This document shows, piece by piece, positions 38,101-50,100 of a stretch of DNA of 64,000 nucleotides; within the stretch, counting starts at the first letter, position 1, and every line of letters begins with the position of its first letter. The position numbers and the translations under genes are program-made. The stretch spans positions 32,432,401 to 32,496,400 of the forward strand of contig CM120641.1 in the NCBI GenBank assembly GCA_051362555.1, read 5' to 3'. Below the pieces are notes generated by a model. That model ran no database searches. It saw only the letters and a list, made by a program, of their open reading frames with translations, and was not told the DNA's origin. This DNA is from Lingula anatina (Eukaryota; Animalia; Brachiopoda).

Positions 38101-41100
38101 GGACATCATGCTAGGTCCGAGAGTTCGTGAAGATGTACTACCCCAGGAACATCAGATTTAAGAGATGTAAGTGAGATTATTTCTCTTCACTTTCTCTGGT
38201 TTCAGAGGGGTTTGTTAACTTCAGTTTTGCACCTGTAAATTAAGTGGGTAAATCTTGCATTAAAGGTTAACAGTGTAAGAAGTGCGGTAGAAGAATCTCG
38301 AGTCCCGAGATTGAAATTATGTATTTCTCTGGCATTTCATTGCTAATCAGCCAGCAGCTTTCAGTGCTAGTGACAGAAGTCTTTTCCTATTGTTATCCTT
38401 TTCTCACATCACAGTGTTATTTACACACAAAACATCCTGCGGCGCTGTTCACTGCAACCGAGCAGGGCACTTTGCAGCAGAAGCTTCAATTAAAAAAATG
38501 TCTTCTGTTTTGAATTCATTTTCCGTGGATCATTTCCTTCCCTCCTCTAAGCCTTATCATTGAGCTAATGGGACATGATAAGCTATGGCACCAGAAGCTA
38601 AAATTACCAAGTTTGAAAATCAGGATACTTATTCTACAGTTTCATAGAAATGACGGTCAAAACCCCAAGGTTGTACAAGGACAGAAATAAGAAGCATAAA
38701 AATTTAGAGCACAATTAGTTGTCAAGAGAAGGCACTGTTGACAGAACTAGTTTTCAGTGGCATATAATTGAATCTTTGTCCAATGTTCACATGGCTGTAT
38801 AAAAGATATTGATTTCTGGTGTGTATGGGCAAACTTGGTAAATATGCACTCGATAGTGTAGTATATCCGGAAATGTTTCCTGCTAACCAGTGTCTGAGAA
38901 CAGAAATTGAATTAATACGCATCACTGTTGAGCTGGTGGTAAATCAATATACAGTTATAGCTCATCACAAAATTGAAAAATAATGGAGCATATGAATCAA
39001 GTAAAATTGGTTGGGGGGGGAAAGATAGGAAATGAAATGATGAACAATTGACTAACTTCAATAGTGAATTAGTTTAATGCGTTTTTGGCGTAAGTTTTAG
39101 AGTATATCTGTGCTGCAATTTTTTTTCAACCCAGAACTTGAATATGATGTCTCTGATATCTAGCATAAACTCACTGCCAAACCAATCCTGCAGATATATA
39201 CACCTAGAATGAAATATGGGTTTAAAGATAATTCCTGATGTATATTTACTGTAGATATACATGACTCCTTGCTCACCAAATGTAAGGTTGTATAAGTTAA
39301 AAAAAATTCCTTTGTCATTCCATCCAGTTTGCCAGTCTATATATTTAATTTTTATATAGAATTTTTTATAAAATAATTTCAATTAGCTAGATATACATGA
39401 CATCTTGCACACCAAATTTAAGGTTGTGTTAAGAGAAATTTTTATTCCTTTGTCATTCCATCCACTTTACCAGTTTATTTATTTATTTAATTTTTATATA
39501 GAAATTTTTTTTTTAAATGATTTCAATCAGCTAAAGAAAAATGAACACCATCCCACATAACAAATGTGGATTATATGAGTATAATCTGTGAGAGTTTGAT
39601 ATAATACAGGCATTACAAAGATCCAACTTGTTGGCAAAATAAATTATTTAAACTTCTTTCTCCTTTATCATTTATAAATTGAACAGGTTGATTATATATG
39701 TATTTGTATCTGGAAAGTATTCATTTACAGTGTTTCATTCATCCGTGAACCGGCGATTTTGTTCTCTTGTGCACAGATTATAGACTACGGAAGGATAATT
39801 AAGTCAAGCTGACCTATAAATTGATGTATTTTATATCTGTAGGTATGGATGATACAGGAGGAGGGGGAGGTGTGATCTATAACAGTCATCCAGGTCAGGG
39901 TTTTGATACAAGGGTAAGTAACACATTGATTTGATGTGTATTTGTATTTAACTTGATGACATAGACAAGTGTATGGCAAAACTCTAAATTGTGATATTTT
40001 ATTTCAGTTTTGAAATAAACTCATTTTAGAACGTTGATTTTAGAAGAATTCTTGTTGAGTTTAATAAAATTCTATATAGCAAGATGAATTTAAAATACTA
40101 CACTATCGATGAAAATTGACACATTTCTGGTTTTAAGTAAATGCTGGAAAAAATTATTTGTTTATTGCCATTCAATTTTTTCATTTCAGGGTTATAACGG
40201 CCAGAGTTACAATGGCCATATCAGTGACATATCACATCCATTTATGAATAACAGCGAAATGCCAGGTTTAATAAGTAAGTACCTTCTGATATTTTTAGAA
40301 GCCAAGATTTATGTGCAAAAAAAAGAGGACCCCAATGATGAAGAAGCTTTCTTACCTTTAATCTTAAGAATTTTTGATTTGTTGGGAAAATATTCCCAGG
40401 TTTTGTTTCATCCTTGATGAATGAAAAAAAAAAGGGAAAAAAGGAACTGCCCAAAGTACGGAGGATTAATGGCTTGGGTCTTGCATAGATTGACTGAGGC
40501 TATTTATTGTGTGTTCTATATGATAGTGATGAAACTGCGATCTCTATTCATACATCCCAAGGAGCCCCCTCTCACCTTTGATCCAAGACTCATTATTTCT
40601 TGTGATGCACCTGGCTTTATGCAAATCACTGTGGCCCAGAAAAAAAACCACTTTGTACCAACTGAACTCAGAGGTTGGTGGGACAGATTAAATTTCCTAG
40701 AAATTCTGTAAATGAAGATAGCAGGAAGATGCTGTGCAGTGTTTTATGTTATTTGTGTGTGTATATTTTAAATCGGCTTTAAAGAAGGTCCCTTGATTTA
40801 ATGATGAAAGTGAGGGACTGGTTAACCATCATGGTTAGCTGGATGTGATTTGCCTGAGGGTTTTGACTTTTTACAAAAATTCTGACGTTAATGCCATTTG
40901 TGATTTGCATGATTTGTGTCAGTTATATTTGCTACTCAAAGAGCCAGAAAACTTCTGATATAGGTGATTGTCTTAATGGTAGGCGGGGGTCTTTGCCAAT
41001 GATAATGGTGGCAAACAATCTCATTGACGTCAGTCATTAGAACAAGGTCAGGTATGAAACAAAGACAAGACCAAGAGCAGTTATGTTTACTGTACTAAGC

Positions 41101-44100
41101 AGAGCGGGATCATAAATGAGTGTATGATGTGCATTTTTGATGTTAGAAGGTTTGCCGTAATTGATAGATATAATACCTACAAGTTAATATTTAAAGAGAA
41201 AATGGGAGCGTGTTAAATGCCATCAGCCCTTTTGGATCATCACGTAAATTATCTGTTAGTGAACAACAATGGACAGGTTTATATATAAATTTAATCAGCT
41301 AAGATGTGAGATTAAAAAATAAAATGGAGCAACTCCCAGTGTCATCATCAAATAAACCATGGTAAAACAAACTGTCCTAAAATTGCATTAGGATCAGCAA
41401 CAATGGACGCATTCTGGCCCTTTTTAGTTTCAAGTCTAGAAAATTACTGAAGCAAGCTCACTGAAGCTATCTCAAATTTGGCATGGTTTTTGTCAAAAAA
41501 GAGAGGAGTCAATAATTGTGCTGGGCCAAGGGGTCCCTGGGGTGCAGTTCATAAATCATCAATAAGTGTACCTACTTCGCAGCTAATCACCTTAAGCACC
41601 AGTTAATGCTTTAACCAGTCAGGAGAGGCAACCAAATGAGGGCAAAAGAGCAGCCAGAAATTGATTTTTATGAAGGTCGTTACTCACAATTTCATATCAC
41701 TAACTTGGATGGGTCAGGAGACAAAGTGGGCACTGAGCCGTGATCTCTGGACTGTCCCCAGGGAGAGGGGGGGATCATATTTTGCAGAATTAAATACAAA
41801 TATGTTTGACCTTTATGTAAAGTGCAGGCATGGCTTGGGCCACAGGAAATAACAGATATACCTTTGAGATTGAGAAAGAGAAAGGGGCAGTCTTTTTAGG
41901 GCTGGAAGGTGCTAGCCAGAGAAGATGCAAGGGTTGTGCAGAGATATCTTTAATCTGTCCCAAAACATTTGATTTTAAGATGTGTTAAATGTGTAGATGG
42001 AGATGAATATTGGCATATGGCCATGTGGGGAAATTGAAATGAATTTTCGAAAGAGCATTTAAATCTGATTGTTTTCCCAAAATCTTTAATCACTATTATT
42101 CATTATATGCAGAATATTTACATGGTTTATGAATTACTTATTCATTTATTTATTTATCTATTTACTTATTTATTTTGATTGGTTGATAGTCACTTTTAAA
42201 ACTCTGCAAATCCAGATAGGAATTGCCTTCACTGCACGTAAAGGTTTTGTTGTAGAATATACAAAAAATGAAAAGTCACTTTTCAAGGCTATGTAAGTGA
42301 TGTCAGAATAGATACTTATTTTAAAAGAAGTGAATTGCTAATGTTTGGAAGTGCTTGTTTGACCACTCCTTGTTTATTTGCAGACAAGAATGACCTGCCA
42401 TACAGATACTCAAGGGAAGGTGGGATGCCTGGAGGACAGGTAATGGGCTTGATATTCTTTTTGATGTATCATCTGAATTAGAAACTGGACTTATGTTTCA
42501 AGATTTAAAAAAAAAGAGGAAATAAAAAGAAAAAAGTGAAATGAATAATGATAAAAATATATACTTGTTAAATAAAAGCATACCCAACTATGTAGAATTT
42601 TATATTATTTTAGGCTTTTAAAGTTGGAATATTTTGCCTTTGATGGTTTCATCCCAAGTCAAACATTGAAAAGTGCACAGTGCCTCATCCTTGGAGATCT
42701 ATAAATAGAATCCTCCATAGGGGGCAGCACTATCTAGACACTTAGCTGCATGCTCTGTTCAGTAAAAAATATGCTTCTATAAACAGTCAAGATGATTTTG
42801 TTTTCTTTGTATGGCTTTTAATCTGTCTACAACTAACTTCCCCTGTAAAATTGTCTAAAATATTAGAGCAGTTATCCTCTTTGGCAAGTAGAATTTCATT
42901 TCATTGATCATTTAATATCAATACTCTATCCAATTAGAGAAATGTCACTGCTACAAAGTAATTTCCTTGATAAACAATAAAAGCAAGACCTCACTTTTTT
43001 GAGGCAAAAAGAATTTCATCTGAATTTTATTAGATTATAGATGTTCTGAGCCACCTGAGACAGCAGGAGCAAATTTTTTGCCTTGTTATTGGGCGAATGA
43101 GATATTTCCACCATCTCTGGGGGACATGCTATTATATTTTGATTATAAGTCTTATTAGATCTATAAATATTGAATTTCTGGTAGGGCAATTACCTTGAAA
43201 TGCATTGGGATTTGAGAAACCCAAAGGTTTTATGTCGTTTGCTGCTATGTGAGCAGTCACCTTGGCTTTACCAAGTGATTCATGAGGAGAAAACATTTTT
43301 TTCTTTTTGTTTTTCTTGTGACTTTTTGTACTGAAATAGATATGATACATTTTATGTTATGAGAGGTATCTTATCAGAAGATTTTTTATTCAGAAGAGTG
43401 TCCAGATAATTTTATTAAAAATGATTATGTTGTTGGTTTGGCATTGTTGTTTGGGACATAAAATTGTAACAGTTAATGGAATTTTGATATTTGATCAGAT
43501 ATGTTAAGGTATGTCCCTGTCAACCTTGACCTGTATGTTGAACTGACCAATGTACACTACAGGCAGGTGTTGCTACCAACATTGTAACCAGCAAACTTCC
43601 AAGATTTGTGTCAAAGTTAAGATCTAGAATGCTGGTGATGTTTTTTTTTTCCTGCATTTTTTTATTTCTTCATTTTCATTGCAGAGCATGTTAAACAACA
43701 GTGTTCCTATGTCTCCTGCTTCCTCTCTGTCTCCAGTTGATAAGCAGCCAGGGTCACCATATTATCCATACAGTAAAAGGCCAGATGAACACAGACCAGG
43801 TAGGGAAACTTTATTAAACAGGGCCTCCTTTCACTAAAACCAAAAGTTGGTCTTATTTTTAGACTAAAAATTTCTGTGTATTTTGAATCAGGATTTATTT
43901 GTAATAAGTAAGAAAAAAGGCAGTTGGCTCATTTTTCTAAACTACTAGATATTGAACCAAGACCATATTAGAATACTTTTTGGGCCTCATCTTAAAGACC
44001 TTTTCAAACATCTGATCATTTGTACAATGAGGCCCAGGGCATTGCCTATATGAGCAAGGGGCAGAGGCATGTGTAGAACATATGTCTTTGAAAGCCCCAT

Positions 44101-47100
44101 GTTTTATTAATTATTTGTTTAGAAAAAGAGAGGACTCTGCCAAAAGGAACGACACAATGAATTTAAAGAGTGAAATATTGAAGTATACAATAATGATTGC
44201 AATACTTTTTTATACGTATAGCGATTTTACATTGATTGTTTCAGTACCAAGGACAAAGAATGTAAAATTTTTGTATCAGCATATGACTCTCTCCCTATAT
44301 GTTCTATCAAATCAAATCACGAGAAAGTAGTAATATTTCAAGACATTCATGTACAAATGTATACCTCACTACTTAAACTGGAAAAACTTCCCATATCAGT
44401 AACAACACTTTATACCAAGAATGGCTATGCCCATTGTCAAATGTGAAACTGTAGCTTACTCATCCATCCTCAGTTACATTAGCAGCAAAGGATCACATTT
44501 CCAAATAGATTTTATCTGCAAGTAGATATGCAGTACATTATATATAATTTACTTGTTCAGCCATAACACCTGAAAAAAAAATGATATATTAAATGGAAAA
44601 ATAATAATAGCACATTTTGCTTACCTTGCATTTATAAGAAAGATCCGTCTTTTAGGGCAAAACATCATAGAATAGAAGTTAATAGATAAAACATGTATTC
44701 TGTTGCCTGGCTTTATTTCACTTTCATTTTTGAATAAAAGGCTTTCAGCTATTTTTGTTTAATATAAAATTGAACTTTGTGTACAGGTGGATCTGAAATA
44801 TTGAGAATTTCTGTTCATTTGTGAGGGACATACTATTTCAATAGCAGTTTGCCTACTTTACAACTGTTATTATTATTTTTTGAGCGAACTTGCCTTGAAG
44901 ATCAAAAGGCATCAAATCCCAGTATGACATGTTGCTGCTTTTGAATGTTGTTTGATAGATTAAGGGGAGGGAAGTAGTTGATTAATCTGTCCTGACATTA
45001 AAAAATGCTGCTTCAACTAAAGCATGAATGGGCAGGGGCGGTAAATTACAAGGCAATTTTTTTCAAACTTTATGGGAACATAATAACCAATAAAGTGTGA
45101 AAGAAGGAGTTTTATGAGACGGTTAAGAAGTTTTCCCAGCTCTTTGGCAAAAAAAGTTTTTGGTTTGATTAATCGTTGAAATTTAATAGGCTTGATAGGT
45201 TTGTGTTCCCCCTGGTTTACCACATGATCAGTGCCATAAGCAATTTCTTGAAATATATATTCCCATTTATTTCCTCTTTTAGGTGCTAGAGGAGGAAAAT
45301 TACCAACAGGACCAAACAAAAGGAAAAGTGGTGGGGTAAGTGAGCATGTTTTCTCCTTGTTAATGTGTAAAATTTCAGAGTGGCCAGAATTGGGAGTTGT
45401 TTTTGATTTGAACTCAGTGGGAAAGCAAGGCCACCAGAAGAGAGGTCTGAGCCCTTAGTCCCCTGGCATGGTCCATGCTTTGAGTGAACCATAACTCACA
45501 TCTGAAAATTACTGATCAAATCTGAATGAAATATGGAATCCTTAAATATTGATATGCCAGTGTGATTCTTCGTGTTGATACAGTCGTGTTTGTGTGGCAG
45601 ATTTTCCAAATGAGGGTTTATGATATATATTGGCCATGTTGAGGGGATATTGATTTTTTTGTCTCTTTGATGGTGGATAGGTGTCTAGAGTAATTGATTG
45701 TGAAAGAAACATGTAACTCCTACCAGGGTACTTAATGAAAGCCTAGGTCCTAAAATTAAAACACTGATTACTTTGACCTTAGGCACAGAAGATAAGCTTC
45801 AAGCTTTCTTCTAGTTTCACAGAGCTATTCCAGAGTGTTTTTTGTAAATAGTTTATATAATGGGGTTTCCTTGTTTGGGTTATGTTCCTTTTGCCGTGTT
45901 TAGCGTTTGAGGATTTTATCACAAAGTTAAAGAATTTTTGTTCATATGATTATTTTTTATCAAACAAAGCAGAGGGAAATATATGTCAAAATACTATTAG
46001 AAGTTGTAGATTTATCTAGCTTAGATCTTGACTTTTACGATGCTAGTGATGCCTTTTTTTGTGGAGATATTTTATTCATTGTTAAATAAGAAGTATGTGA
46101 ACCTACAGCCAGAAAATGAATAAATATTAAGGTTGCAAATAAATCATTTTAATTTTTATGATTGAAAGTATGAAAGACACGGAATAAGTAAGAGGAGTGT
46201 TTTGATAAAGAAAATAATGAGTAACATTTAAGCCAAACAAAACAAAACAAAAAAATACTTGTTTTGCAGTCTTGCTTTTTATATGCAGACACTGTATATA
46301 TTCTGATCACTTTGTCATTGCTGTCCCACTTAACCATGTTCATCTTTTAAATCCCTTACTGGATTTTTGTTTCTCTTTAAATTTTCTGACTGGCTTGAAA
46401 GGTTTTGGTCAGATCCCCCAAAAATGAGCAAAATTATGAACATTCTTTTTTCTGACCTAACCTTAGTGAGTTATATAATAGCAGAGTGAAGACAGTTTTA
46501 TATTTGATTAAGTATTACTTGAAATTGATCATTTAAATATGTTTAACTCTAGAGCATCTCTAGCACGAGTTAAGTTACATGAACTAAGATATTTAAATAC
46601 TTGTTTATTTATACTCTTCCAGTTTGCTAGCTCTGTACTCATTTTCATAAGGAATTTTATCACTGCATTATCTGCCATATTATTTGGTAATATAAAGAAT
46701 AATTCAACAATATCAACTCTCATCACAAAGAGGTGCCATTCTGAATATGCAAAGGTCTTTAAGTGCACACCTTTCCTCTGAATAGGGGTTGTTTTTGCTG
46801 GATTCTAGCCTAATCAGTTCAAGATTTTCCGTCTCAAACACGTAAAAATCATAAGGTGACTGTATTTAGTATGAAAATAAAATCTCCTTCAGCAACTGCT
46901 CTTTTTACACATTGCATGGTAGTAAAAATCAACCTCAGCTGGTAGTCATTGAAAAGGTGATTGCAGCATTTCCTGTGAACCGAAGAGTTTTGATGATAGC
47001 TTACAAAATAAAGACAGCATTGAACTCTCTCTCTCTCTCTCTCTCTCTTTCTTTATCTGCATAATTTAGTTAAAATTATTTTATTTTTTGCTTATATGCA

Positions 47101-50100
47101 ATAATTTTAGATATGAGAGAAATTTAAATGTTAAAGATACTTAATTACAAATATCTTGTTAATTTTTCTCACACATTTTCCCCGCACACATATACAAACA
47201 AAAGTTTCATCAAACTTACATTTTTAATTATTCCCAACTTATTTCGTCTTAAGTGGATCAAAAACCCACTATTAGACATATGCTATATCATCTGCAGTTA
47301 CAGAATACTCCAAAAGGTATCTAAATGCTTATAACATAAACATACCAATACATGATTTCAATATTGATATAAACAGTAAGTAACATTTATTTTGAACATA
47401 TGATTATTGATTAAGGAAAGGGATGTATATTCTATACTTATTTGTTCCTGTTCTTACATAGTTTGGCAGGCTCACATCCTTGATAATTGAAAATGAAGTG
47501 TCTGAAATCAAACATCACTTGTTCCCTACCAGCTGTCAGTTTGATACTTAAACTGAAATCAGTTCATGTTGTTGATCCAGAGAATTATGGTTGATTTTAT
47601 CAATACTTCCATTTTTTTTTTACAGATTGATGAATGGTGAACAGAATATATGTCTTGTGGAGAAAAATGTCTTTTTTCTGTTATTTATAATTTTGGAAAA
47701 AAGAAAAGTAAAACAGAATGAGTTGACATTAAATTACAGATCTGTTATATATTTTTAGAGTTGCAAAAAAGTTGTGGTATTTTGCAGTGTGTATAGCTCT
47801 TTTTCCTCGCTTTTGGATGAAACGTTTGATAAACATGTTTATGAGCACTAAAAGTGAAAGATCTGCCCATATTTTCCAATTTCTTTTTTTTTTTTTTTTT
47901 TTTTTTTTTTGTCATTCTTATATAAGATTGAATTATGTGACATCAAAATTCCAATATGTATATGAAAATTGGTGACTTTCAAAAACTTCCTCTGAATGTC
48001 CAGTGAGACTGAACCTGTCCCTATATTAAGCTGGTGCCCAGGGTGCCACCTGCTGGGAACATCAGATGTGACCCTAGATTGACTGTGTGGCCCCATAATC
48101 ACAGGATCTAAACACTTCAACTATACCACTGCCTTATATGGACATTATTTACAGGGAAAGATGAAAAAAAGTGAGAGGGATTATGTTTCCTTCATTTACT
48201 CTATATATTATCATGTTTTTTATATCTAGATTAATGCCCATAATGTATTTTTTTATTTTTTAGAAAGAAGGTTATTTAATCCATTTCTGGTGACTTGTCT
48301 ATTTTCTGTTTTTTTTTTTTTTTTAGAAAAAGACAAAGCTTCAGTCCGAGTGCTTTTTTTTTTACTTGGGAGATTGGAGGTATGACTGTGTGTGCTTGTG
48401 CATGTGTGTGTGTGTGTTTGTGTGTGTGAGAGAGAGAGAGAGATCTTGATGAAGGTTTCTCAGTTACTTTTCTACTACATTAAGTTATTTTATAAGTTTG
48501 TTGATAAAAGATAAAAACTAGGATGAACTTAGGTACTGTTTTAATTGCATGCGATGTGATACTCTCCACTGCTTGCCGTATAAAATATTGGCATATTTTG
48601 TTTGAAAAAGATGCATAGGGCAAAAGAAATGAAAAGGGAAACAACAAACTACTTGTATAGAAGTTTTTTCAGGGGCAAAAAAAAGAGGGTTTTGCTAAGC
48701 TTTAAGGGCATATTTGTGTAAATAATTATACAAAGGAACAGTAGATGAGGCTAATTGGGAGTTGTGTAGCCTCGAGTGATAAAATAATTGTGTGCCAAGA
48801 AATGAGATTAGATGCAGGCTTTGGCTACTTAACTTTTTAGTGTTGTTGGTGATTCCTCCCTTCACTGGGCAAGCTGTTGCAGCTGATTTACATATATGAC
48901 AACTTTTTTGAGAAGCACAGATTGCAGTGAAAAAGATTTGGTGAAAAAAATGACTGTGCCCTGAAAATCAAAGACTGGTTTTAACATTTTCTGGGATAGG
49001 GTTCAAACAGTTCTGGTATATTTAATTCAGGAAATTTCTGGACTAATCTTTTAAGAAACGTATGCAGCTTTGGTTTTCACCCCTCATGAAACACTTTGAA
49101 CAAGAGCACCATTTTAAAATGCATTATTAGTTAGTTGGTGCAGAAATGTAAACTTTGTGATAGTTTTGTCGTGGGAATTCTGTTTGTCCAGGCAAGCCCA
49201 CATCTTTGCTGAGTGACGTTCTTGCATGACATAAAGCTCACAACTGTCAACAAAACTTCAAACTACTGGAAGCGTCTGTTTAAACAGCTTGCTTTCTACC
49301 ATCGAGAATATGATATTTTAGAACAGGATGGCAGGCTTGGGAGGGACATGAATGGAGAGATGATGTTAGTTTTACTCCACTGTTTGCTTTGAGATTTGAT
49401 TATATTTGAGCTGCAGTAATTATGGGCCTTGGTCTATTTATTTAGCTGGTGTGCTCTTTAGAAGTAGGCTCAAACTCATGAAAATAGTAACTTATCTATG
49501 GTTAATACACTCTTTAAGGTGCAACCCAGCCTAATTTCCTTTCATATTATGACAGTGTTTGTGGTGACAAAATACCCACTTCTTCATAATAAAGTATAGC
49601 TGTAAGCCAAATAAGTGCATTGTTCAGTTGTTTATTAGTGAAGCGTGGCTCCCTGTTTTGTTGCCAGGGATGTCATTTGCATGATAAGCCTGACACAAGT
49701 CTTTGTTAGTCAAGTGTGCCTTCATTTGCAAACAGCTGTGTCTGGAGTGACCAATAATAAGGCAGGATGACTACTTCCCAGTCATGCTGCATTAAGAAAG
49801 CTGAAGGGCTATACAGAGACTAACATTCAACTGGTGTGAAATTAGAATACCAGAGCCGAGGGTTAATAAGCTGGGGCTTGTACAGCCTCACAGGTATTCC
49901 CTACATACACACACAAATAGGTAGATAGCACCATCATGAAGTATTCTGAGATAGAAATGGAGTATGCAGAACTGCAACCTTTACAGGTAAACTTTGCCTC
50001 AATATTCGATCTAGTTAACACTTCATTAATGCGATTTTTGATCCTGCATACCTGTATATGCTGGTGTGTTGGTGGGTGAATATGAAGAAAGAAAGGGTTA

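Noticed and set aside
43480-43640. Possible decayed Helitron/HINE fragment (ccttgacct motif)
   Set aside because: No termini or internal repeats discernible without a repeat library.
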